DNA of 33,271 bases from Patescibacteria group bacterium (GTDB lineage Bacteria > Patescibacteriota > Patescibacteriia > UBA9934 > GWF2-40-263), in assembly GCA_004298405.1 (NCBI GenBank), contig SCSL01000037.1, forward strand, positions 1-33,271, written 5' to 3'. The notes under the pieces were generated by a model. It had not been told where the DNA came from. It did not search any database and saw only the letters and a list, made by a program, of their open reading frames with translations. Of the stretch, positions 1-6,917 are shown in pieces. The position numbers and the translations under genes were made by a program. The number at the start of each line of letters is the position of its first letter. Position 1 is the stretch's first letter.

Positions 1-63
1 GTCCTTGAGTTGCCCAACCGTATCGTGAGCAACCATGGACAGGGGTCTGCCTATGTTTTTCAT
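1..63 (-). CDS. Probable 5' end of a gene running off the window edge (MKNIGRPLSMVAHDTVGQLKD...)
   Basis: ATG at 63-61, open to position 1, divergent from the glmS-like ORF across an AT-rich 47-nt gap. Too short to identify. Confidence 0.35.
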   Translation of the reverse strand, partial: MKNIGRPLSMVAHDTVGQLKD

Positions 64-110
64 GAGAATAGTATCTCATGGAATACAGTTTTAGTATAGA
101 TTAGTGAGGG

Positions 111-1013
111 ATGGTATTAGTTGGGGAGTATCTTCTGGAAGAGGTCGCGGGGATTCCAGTCGAGGTCGAGCTCGCGAGCGAGTTTCGGTACCGCAAACCC
201 TTGTTAACGACGCGCACGGCTGTGCTTGCTATTTCGCAATCCGGGGAGACAGCCGATACGCTGGAGGCAGTGCGGGAAGCCAAGCGGAAGAATGTGTTGG
301 CATTGGGACTTGTGAATGTCGTTGGTTCCTCGATTGCCCGGGAGACCGATGCGGGCGTCTACAACCACGCTGGTCCAGAAGTGGGAGTTGCATCGACCAA
401 AGCGTTTGTGAGTCAACTCACGGTGCTCTCGCTCATTGCCGTGTATCTTGGGCAACTTCGAGGGATAGGCATACGCGGTCATGAGATTCTTGCGGGACTT
501 GCCGAACTTCCAGATCAAGTTCGAGAAATTTTTGGTCAGCGTGAACAGATCACAACCATCGCCTCGACGCTGAAAGATGCCCAACATTGTTTATTCCTGG
601 GCCGAACGTTCCATGCGCCGATTGCCTATGAAGGGGCACTCAAACTCAAAGAGGTGAGTTACCTTCACGCAGAAGGATACTCGAGTGGGGAGATGAAACA
701 TGGTCCGATTGCGCTGATCAACGAAGGGTTTCCCTGCGTGGTGCTGTGCCCGCAAGACGAGATGTTTGAAAAGAATTGGTCAAATATTCAAGAGCTTCGA
801 GCACGGGGAGCAAACATCATCGCCATCACCACCGTGTATTCAAGGGAACCGTTACTGGTTCAGAGTCAATTTGCCGTGCCTCAAACTCACAAGATTCTCC
901 AGCCGATTCTTTCCACGATTCCGCTTCAACTTCTCGCGTATGAAGTCGCTGTTGCTCGAGAGATAGATCCAGACAAACCTCGAAATCTCGCCAAGAGTGT
1001 GACGGTTGAGTAA
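111..1013 (+). CDS. glmS: GlmS C-terminal isomerase (SIS) region only, N-terminally truncated; possible pseudogene
   Basis: Motifs ASEFRYR, SQSGETADT, GPEVGVASTK, EGALKLKE, HAEG, KHGP and the C-terminal PRNLAKSVTVE. In-frame TGA at 105-107; no glutaminase domain. Confidence 0.85.
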   Translation: MVLVGEYLLEEVAGIPVEVELASEFRYRKPLLTTRTAVLAISQSGETADTLEAVREAKRKNVLALGLVNVVGSSIARETDAGVYNHAGPEVGVASTKAFVSQLTVLSLIAVYLGQLRGIGIRGHEILAGLAELPDQVREIFGQREQITTIASTLKDAQHCLFLGRTFHAPIAYEGALKLKEVSYLHAEGYSSGEMKHGPIALINEGFPCVVLCPQDEMFEKNWSNIQELRARGANIIAITTVYSREPLLVQSQFAVPQTHKILQPILSTIPLQLLAYEVAVAREIDPDKPRNLAKSVTVE

Positions 1014-1036
1014 GTGTCTAGGTGAGGATAACCAGA

Positions 1037-1065
1037 TTGACAAAAAGGGGTTTTTGTGATAGCAT
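1037..1065 (+). promoter_or_regulatory. Sigma70-type promoter
   Basis: TTGACA (1037-1042), 17-nt spacer, TGn-TAGCAT (1060-1065). Confidence 0.65.
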
Positions 1066-1069
1066 GAAG

Positions 1070-1100
1070 GCGCTTCCTAGCAAGGGAGCGCTTTTGTTTT
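1070..1100 (+). terminator. Intrinsic terminator-like hairpin
   Basis: GCGCTTCCT-AGCA-AGGGAGCGC followed by TTTTGTTTT. Confidence 0.6.
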
Positions 1101-1156
1101 CTGGCCTTTTAGCTTATTTCATGCCCAGTGCCGACTTTAGGAGGAAGGCGCTGGGT

Positions 1157-1780
1157 ATGAAGAATAAGACCACCAAACAATTGAAACGACTTTGGGAAGA
1201 AGATGTTGCGTATTCCCGCACCGTTACGACGGCCTTGTATCAGGTATGGGTTCGTATTGAGAAGATGTTTGCCCCGGTTCGTCGCCAAGCACCAAGCTTC
1301 TCATTGGTTGCCTTTGCTCTGGTCGTAGCCACGTATGTCTTTTTTCCCAAGCTCGCGAATGCGGACATGGAGTTTGAGGACATGGGACTTGGTTCAGAAA
1401 CGGTTTCGATGATTATTGGTTCAATGCAAAATGAAACGAAGGAGTACGGACGTTTGCCTGTTTCCCATGATGCTCCAGCTCGCCGTCATTACACGATTCC
1501 TTTGACGGCCTATACTTCAGAGGTGGGTCAGACGGACGATACGCCTTGTATTACCGCCTCAGGACTCGACGTGTGTGAGCGCGACATGGAAAACATTGTG
1601 GCGGCGAACTTCTTGCCACTTGGAACTCGCGTGAAGATTCCGGAACTGTATGGAGATCGCGTCTTCTATGTGGAGGATCGTATGAATGCACGATATAACT
1701 ACAAAATGGACATCTGGATGAAAAATCTCACCGACGCCAAAACGTTCGGTGTGAAGTACGTCACCATCGAGGCGTTCTAA
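1157..1780 (+). CDS. Membrane-anchored 3D-domain protein (MltA/3D-type peptidoglycan lytic enzyme)
   Basis: One TM segment, then TAYTS...TDDTPCITASG...VAANFLPLGTRVKIP...VEDRM...MDIW, typical of 3D domains. Start uncertain (ATG 1121 or 1157; AGGAGG at 1139-1144). Confidence 0.8.
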   Translation: MKNKTTKQLKRLWEEDVAYSRTVTTALYQVWVRIEKMFAPVRRQAPSFSLVAFALVVATYVFFPKLANADMEFEDMGLGSETVSMIIGSMQNETKEYGRLPVSHDAPARRHYTIPLTAYTSEVGQTDDTPCITASGLDVCERDMENIVAANFLPLGTRVKIPELYGDRVFYVEDRMNARYNYKMDIWMKNLTDAKTFGVKYVTIEAF

Positions 1781-1821
1781 ATTGATAAAACCCGCAAGCT
1801 TTGCTATTCTCGTGCCGTAGT

Positions 1822-1896
1822 GGCCACGTGGCGAAGTGGGAACGCAGGGGTCTGCAAAACCTCGATGAGCCGGTTCAATCCCGGCCGTGGCCTCCA
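1822..1896 (+). tRNA. tRNA-Cys(GCA)
   Basis: Acceptor GGCCACG/CGTGGCC, anticodon loop CTGCAAA, T arm GCCGG-TTCAATC-CCGGC, encoded TCCA. Upstream TGn-TATTCT. Confidence 0.95.
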
Positions 1897-1925
1897 CAAT
1901 TTTTTATCAACTTTCAAAAAACAGC

Positions 1926-2366
1926 TTAAGCTGTTTTTTGGATTCGCTCGAGAACTTCGAGGAGGGGTTCTTTTGTGAGGGTCTTGCCAACAGTGAGAAC
2001 GAGTCGAGCACGGACGTCGTTGTGTAATCCCTCGATGAAATCGTTGATGCGTGGTTCCGGGACGGTTAGAATAAGTTCCTCGAATTCTTGTTTTTGGAGT
2101 CGTCGGTGGAGTTCCTCAGCTAAGAGCTTGGCAAAGCGGCGTTCAGATTGGTCTTCGAGCTTTTCGTCCATTTCTGCAAAGTGACCTCCACCAGAGTTTA
2201 CACCCGAGGTCCGGTCGTTTCCGTCCTTTGATGCATGGTCGACGTGGATTTCTCCTGCCTCAGTCGATTTTCGATCCTGGAGAAGAAAGAATCGAGCATG
2301 TTCATTATCGCACACAGCCAGGAGGGTAGATTTTTCGTAAGCATGGAGCGGTTCGGGGATTTGCAT
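1926..2366 (-). CDS. Host-attachment (AtsE-like)/baeRF-family small protein
   Basis: LLAVCDNEHARFF at the N-terminus, RRFAKLLAEEL...FEELILTVP, and a C-terminal KTLTK pattern typical of this family. Confidence 0.65.
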   Translation of the reverse strand: MQIPEPLHAYEKSTLLAVCDNEHARFFLLQDRKSTEAGEIHVDHASKDGNDRTSGVNSGGGHFAEMDEKLEDQSERRFAKLLAEELHRRLQKQEFEELILTVPEPRINDFIEGLHNDVRARLVLTVGKTLTKEPLLEVLERIQKTA

Positions 2367-2436
2367 AGGGCGGAAGGGTTAGAAGGACTAGAAGAAGAGA
2401 GGGGAATTTGAACGTTTGTATTATAATGGTTCTTGT

Positions 2437-2988
2437 ATGGAAGAGAAAACATGGCAACATGAAATTGTTGATTCAATGCGCGAGATTGTTTTTGGTCTTG
2501 AAGATTCACTTGTCTCCACACTGGGAGCTATCACAGGGATCGCTGTGGGAACGGGAAGTCAGTATATCGTGATTCTTTCTGGTCTCGTGCTGATCGCCGC
2601 AGAAGCGACTTCGATGTCCGCCGGAAGTTATCTTTCCACAAAGCACGCACGCGAGGCAGAGATTTTATTCCACCAACGCAAAGGACTCGAGATTCATGTG
2701 GAAGCGTCTCATCCTATTCGTGCGGCTATTGTGATGGGCGTTTTTTATCTACTTGGCGGAATTGTCCCGCTTGTACCATATTTTTTACTTCCTGTTGGTC
2801 AAGCGGTTATTCCAGCGATCGTGGTTACCGCTGTTACCCTATTCTTGGTTGGTGCATGGGCGGCATCATTTACCAAAACATCAAAAATAAAAAGTGGCAT
2901 TGAGATGACTCTTGTTTCACTTGCGGCCGCCACCATCGGATATGTGATTGGTCGGGCAGTTGCTGTCTCTTTCGGAGTGGAGGTATAG
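2437..2988 (+). CDS. VIT1/CCC1 family Fe2+/Mn2+ transporter
   Basis: REIVFGLEDSLVS, AEATSMSAGSYLS and GGIVPLVPY motifs; about 5 TM helices. TATAAT 9 nt before ATG 2437. Confidence 0.9.
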   Translation: MEEKTWQHEIVDSMREIVFGLEDSLVSTLGAITGIAVGTGSQYIVILSGLVLIAAEATSMSAGSYLSTKHAREAEILFHQRKGLEIHVEASHPIRAAIVMGVFYLLGGIVPLVPYFLLPVGQAVIPAIVVTAVTLFLVGAWAASFTKTSKIKSGIEMTLVSLAAATIGYVIGRAVAVSFGVEV

Positions 2989-3200
2989 TGGAGCATATGG
3001 ATGGGGTCAAGCAATTACATCTTGGCGAGCACTATGATGAGTGCGATGTATGCTCGTCTCCTATCACTGATTTGAGTCTGGCGTTCACGACCGAATATGG
3101 TGGCAAGGTTTTGACGTTTTGTACGGAAAAGTGTTTCAAGAGATATCTCGAAGATCCAGCGCTGTACGCCGAGTTCGAAGGGGATGAGGGGCTTGAATAG
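2988..3200 (+). CDS. Small YHS/TRASH-like metal-binding protein
   Basis: CDVC...YGGKVLTFCTEKC...YLEDPALY. GTG start overlaps the VIT1 stop. Confidence 0.7.
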   Translation: MEHMDGVKQLHLGEHYDECDVCSSPITDLSLAFTTEYGGKVLTFCTEKCFKRYLEDPALYAEFEGDEGLE

Positions 3201-3213
3201 CCCCTCATTTTTT
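3184..3213 (+). terminator. Intrinsic terminator overlapping the YHS stop codon
   Basis: ATGAGGGGCT-TGAAT-AGCCCCTCAT plus T-run. Confidence 0.65.
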
Positions 3214-3232
3214 GTTATCCTCGCAGGACGCT

Positions 3233-4435
3233 ATGAATCGTGAAGTGTACCTGGATCATGCCGCCACAACTCCAACCCATCCTGCTGTACGCGAGGCCAT
3301 GTTGCCGTATCTGGGAGAGAAGTTTGGAAATCCATCAAGCTTCCATGGAGTTGGCAAAACCGTAAAGGACGATGTGGATCATGCGCGTGAGCGTATCGCT
3401 CGGGTGTTGAATGTGCGAGCCGATGAGATCCTTTTTACTTCTGGTGGGACAGAGTCCGACAATCTGGCGATTCTTGGGTACGCGCGCATGAACCAGATGC
3501 AAGGGAAGCATTTGATTACCACATCGATTGAACATCATGCGGTTCTTGAGACCATGATGCATCTCCAAAAAAAGGAGAATTTTGAAGTAACGTACTTGGA
3601 GCCTGATCGCGACGGCCTTGTGACAGTTGCGCAAGTAGAAGGCACCCTGCGAGAGGACACGATTCTCGTCTCGATCATGTATGCCAACAATGAAATCGGC
3701 ACGATCGAACCCATCGCACAGATTGGCAACATGATCCAGAAGTGGCGCGACGTTCACAAACGTCCCGTACTCAAATTCCATACCGATGCCTGCCAAGCGT
3801 CAGAGTATCTGGATCTCAACGTGGAAAAATTGCATGTGGACATGATGACGCTTAATGGATCCAAGATGTATGGACCAAAAGGCATAGGACTCTTGTATGT
3901 GAAGCGGGGAATGAAACTTGAGCCGCTCCAGTTTGGGGGCTCACAGGAAAGATCGTTGCGTCCTGGAACCGAGAATGTGGCGGGGATCATTGGCATGGCA
4001 ACCGCTCTTGAGCTTGCTCAAACGGATCGCGAGAACGAAACGCAACGCCTGGTTCCATTACGCGATCGACTCATCAAAGGCATTCACTCGTCGATTTCAA
4101 AAACGCGTCTCAACGGTCACCCAACGATTCGCCTTCCTAACAACGTGAACATTTCGATCATGGACATCGAGGGCGAGGCGCTCATCTTGTATCTTGATGC
4201 ACAAGGCGTGTCTGCCTCCACCGGAAGTGCGTGCACGAGTGCATCATTAGACCCGAGTCATGTGATCTTGGCACTGGGTTTGCCCTACGAAGTCGCGCAT
4301 GGATCCCTGCGACTCACCCTCGGTCGGTCGACCACCCAAGAAGACATCGATTACGTTATTCAGATCCTCCCGCCCATCGTCGAGAAACTCCGCTCTATTA
4401 GTCCTGTGAGGGTGGATGAGAAATACTTCGCTTGA
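3233..4435 (+). CDS. iscS: Cysteine desulfurase, IscS/NifS type
   Basis: YLDHAATTP, GNPSS, FTSGGTESDN, IEHHAV, NNEIG, HTDACQ, PLP-lysine GSKMYGPKG, catalytic STGSACTS. Confidence 0.95.
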   Translation: MNREVYLDHAATTPTHPAVREAMLPYLGEKFGNPSSFHGVGKTVKDDVDHARERIARVLNVRADEILFTSGGTESDNLAILGYARMNQMQGKHLITTSIEHHAVLETMMHLQKKENFEVTYLEPDRDGLVTVAQVEGTLREDTILVSIMYANNEIGTIEPIAQIGNMIQKWRDVHKRPVLKFHTDACQASEYLDLNVEKLHVDMMTLNGSKMYGPKGIGLLYVKRGMKLEPLQFGGSQERSLRPGTENVAGIIGMATALELAQTDRENETQRLVPLRDRLIKGIHSSISKTRLNGHPTIRLPNNVNISIMDIEGEALILYLDAQGVSASTGSACTSASLDPSHVILALGLPYEVAHGSLRLTLGRSTTQEDIDYVIQILPPIVEKLRSISPVRVDEKYFA

Positions 4436-4447
4436 AAATATTTTCTT

Positions 4448-4482
4448 AGGGGCTTTAGCCCCGTCACGCCGCTAAAGCGGCT
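4448..4482. repeat. REP-like doublet 1
   Basis: AGGGGCTTTAGCCCCGTC plus inverted ACGCCGCTAAAGCGGCT, between iscS and the scaffold gene. Confidence 0.85.
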
Positions 4483-4515
4483 AGGAAGATAAAACAAGAA
4501 AAGAATCAAAATTGT

Positions 4516-5187
4516 ATGACCCACAAGCAAGAACCCGTAAAAGGAACTCAGGGCGACGTGACGACCGCAGACCATGCGAAGTCTTGGTTTTATACCGATG
4601 TCGTAAAGGATCATTTTTTTCATCCCCGTAATTTCATGCACGACGACGCACAAGAGGGGGAGTATAATGCCATCGGAAAGGTTGGCTCTCCAGCGTGCGG
4701 CGATGAACTGCGAGTTTGGATGAAGGTTGACCCAACAACGGAAAAGATCACCGACTTTCGTTGGAAGACGTTTGGATGCGGCTCTGCCATTGCCAGCACG
4801 TCCATGGCCAGTCTGATGGTAACAGAGAATGGAGGTATGACTCTGGAATCAGCACGCAAGCTAAAACCACAGGACATCATGGAACGCTTAGGCGGACTTC
4901 CTCAGCGAAAATTTCATTGCTCCGTGTTGTGTGATAAAGCCTTGCGCGACGCGATCAACGACTACTACCGCCGCTCAGAACAGTTCGATAAGATCATCGT
5001 CGAGGCCTCTCGTATCATTGATCCGATCTCAAAAGTCACAGATCACGATATTGAGGAAGCAGTACTCGAGGGCGCACACACCCTTGAACTCGTCCAACAA
5101 AAGACCAAGGTTGGTATCGGAAATCCCGGCTGTCTCCCTGCCGTCGAAGAACTCATTCGATTCTACAAAGAAAAATATTTTGGATAA
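4516..5187 (+). CDS. Fe-S scaffold: IscU/NifU N-terminal domain plus degenerate BFD-like domain
   Basis: HFFHPRN, GSPACGD, TFGCGSAIAS, KFHCSVL (three scaffold Cys). C-terminal VTDHDIEEAVLEGAHTLELVQQKTKVG resembles BFD. Confidence 0.9.
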   Translation: MTHKQEPVKGTQGDVTTADHAKSWFYTDVVKDHFFHPRNFMHDDAQEGEYNAIGKVGSPACGDELRVWMKVDPTTEKITDFRWKTFGCGSAIASTSMASLMVTENGGMTLESARKLKPQDIMERLGGLPQRKFHCSVLCDKALRDAINDYYRRSEQFDKIIVEASRIIDPISKVTDHDIEEAVLEGAHTLELVQQKTKVGIGNPGCLPAVEELIRFYKEKYFG

Positions 5188-5191
5188 TGCT

Positions 5192-5461
5192 ATGCCAAGA
5201 ATTCGCGTGATGGTCGATCCAGACCTTTGCATCGGTGCCGCGTCCTGCGTCACCATCGCTCCGGAAACATTCCAGCTTAATGAAGAAAATAAGGCGTGGG
5301 TATTTGATCACGGACAAGAACCTGAGGGTCATACCTATGAGCGTTGGCTGGAGGTTACAGATGACGAGAAAGAAAATGTCATTCTCGCCGCGCAATCTTG
5401 TCCCACGCTCGCCATCTTCATTTTCGACGAGGAAGGAAAACAGTTGTTCCCAGAAGTTTAG
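5192..5461 (+). CDS. Single-cluster ferredoxin, probably [3Fe-4S]
   Basis: VDPDLCIGAASC...AP...AAQSCPTLAI; Ala at the second Cys position of CxxCxxC. Confidence 0.85.
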   Translation: MPRIRVMVDPDLCIGAASCVTIAPETFQLNEENKAWVFDHGQEPEGHTYERWLEVTDDEKENVILAAQSCPTLAIFIFDEEGKQLFPEV

Positions 5462-5532
5462 ACGGGGCTGAAGCCCCTAAGAAGATTTTAAAGTCTCAAA
5501 GAAGACTTTTTCACAGCCGCTTTAGCGGCGTC
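5461..5532. repeat. REP-like doublet 2 (CGTC ends outward, long spacer)
   Basis: GACGGGGCTGAAGCCCCT (5461-5478) ... AGCCGCTTTAGCGGCGTC (5515-5532); spacer hairpin AAAGTCT/AGACTTT. Confidence 0.85.
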
Positions 5533-5537
5533 GAGTC

Positions 5538-6722
5538 ATGAAATATTTTATTATCGGTGGAGGCGTTGCGGGAACCACCGCAGCTGAAGAGCTACGCAAG
5601 CGCGATGCCTCTTCCGAGATCACCATTCTTTCAGAAGAACACCACCCACTTTACTCGCGGGTGCTTTTGCCTCACTACATTAAAGGCAAGATTCCGCGTG
5701 AGCGTGTGTTTTTGAAACGTGATACCTGGTATGCGCAACAGAACATTGAGTGGATTGATGGGGTTCTTGCGACTCATCTCGATGGGAGAAATAAATTTGT
5801 CGGCGGAAGTGACGGACGAGAGTATTCTTACGACAAACTTCTCATTGCAACCGGAGGAGAGACGCGTTCCATCGAAGAAGACCTTCGAGGGGTTTCTTAC
5901 TGCCGCACGCTTAACGACGCCGATCAGTTCCTCCAGCTCCTAACCGAACAAGGGAAAACAACACGTGGTGCTGTGTATGGTGGTGGTTTCATTGCTTGCG
6001 AGTACATCAATTTTTTCGCACACTTCCAGATTCCCATCACGCTTGCGCATCGCGGTGAACATTTTTGGACGCGCAACCTCTTACCTGAGACCGGAAAATT
6101 GATTGCCAAACATCTCATTAAGAACAACGTGGATCTTCATCCGAATTCAATACTCGAGCGGCTTGAGGGCGACAAAGAATTAGAAGGCTTCGTGACGAGC
6201 ACGGGTCGATACGCGGCGACGATTTTAGGCATTGGGATCGGCATCGAGCCGGATTTTTCCTGGATACGTGAGGCGGGTGTTGAGGTTGGAACAGGCGTGA
6301 AGGCAAATGAGTTTCTTGAGACGAATATTCCAGACGTGTACACCGCGGGCGATATTGCGGAGTTTGATGATCCAATCACTGGTCGACAACTTCAAATCGG
6401 CAACTGGATGAACGCCATGACCCAAGGTCGCATTGTTGCCAAGTCCATGAGCGGGGAGCGAACCAGTTTTCAAATAGTAAGTTCTTACGCAACAAACGTG
6501 CTGGGTCTAGAGATCATTTTTGTGGGTGACGTTGAGCGGGCGGCGGCTGAGGAGATTCAGGTGATCGGTTCGATTGAAGAGGGGGGAATCACGCAAGTGT
6601 TTGAACGAGATGGTCGAGTTGTAGGCGGTGTGCTTATTGGTCGAAACACTGATCGAACCCCGATCACAAAGGCGATTCAAGAGAGGAGATCTTTTCGTGA
6701 GATTTCTTCATCTTTTTCATAG
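5538..6722 (+). CDS. FAD/NAD(P)H-dependent oxidoreductase (ferredoxin/rubredoxin reductase family)
   Basis: IIGGGVAG, YSRVLL, YDKLLIATG, VYGGGFIACE, TNIPDVYTAGD. Confidence 0.9.
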   Translation: MKYFIIGGGVAGTTAAEELRKRDASSEITILSEEHHPLYSRVLLPHYIKGKIPRERVFLKRDTWYAQQNIEWIDGVLATHLDGRNKFVGGSDGREYSYDKLLIATGGETRSIEEDLRGVSYCRTLNDADQFLQLLTEQGKTTRGAVYGGGFIACEYINFFAHFQIPITLAHRGEHFWTRNLLPETGKLIAKHLIKNNVDLHPNSILERLEGDKELEGFVTSTGRYAATILGIGIGIEPDFSWIREAGVEVGTGVKANEFLETNIPDVYTAGDIAEFDDPITGRQLQIGNWMNAMTQGRIVAKSMSGERTSFQIVSSYATNVLGLEIIFVGDVERAAAEEIQVIGSIEEGGITQVFERDGRVVGGVLIGRNTDRTPITKAIQERRSFREISSSFS

Positions 6723-6759
6723 CCGCTTTAGCGGCGTCCCGGACGGGGCTAAAGCCCCT
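6721..6759. repeat. REP-like doublet 3
   Basis: AGCCGCTTTAGCGGCGTC-CCG-GACGGGGCTAAAGCCCCT; its first AG completes the reductase TAG stop. Confidence 0.85.
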
Positions 6760-6787
6760 TAGAAAAGAAGAATACAGCAGGACAAGA

Positions 6788-6816
6788 TTGACAAAATCAA
6801 GAAAATCGAGTAAACA
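6788..6816 (+). promoter_or_regulatory. Sigma70-type promoter candidate
   Basis: TTGACA, 17-nt spacer, TAAACA (imperfect -10). Confidence 0.5.
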
Positions 6817-6866
6817 AAGACCTTCTTCTATGTGCGGCATACGCCAATCAAAGATGAAGGTCTTTT
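6816..6866 (+). terminator. Hairpin with short U-run
   Basis: AAAGACCTTC (6816-6825) pairs with GAAGGTCTTT (6856-6865). Confidence 0.5.
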
Positions 6867-6917
6867 CGTACCTTTCACCTCAACCTGCGGCCGTGTCCGC
6901 ACATGGGAGACCAAGTC

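Noticed and set aside
64-110. glmS ribozyme
   Set aside because: Only 47 AT-rich nt are available and no matching structure is visible.
4931-5191. N-terminal extension or frameshift fusion of scaffold and ferredoxin
   Set aside because: The ferredoxin has its own ATG 4 nt after the scaffold stop; the extension is Ser/Arg-rich off-frame sequence.
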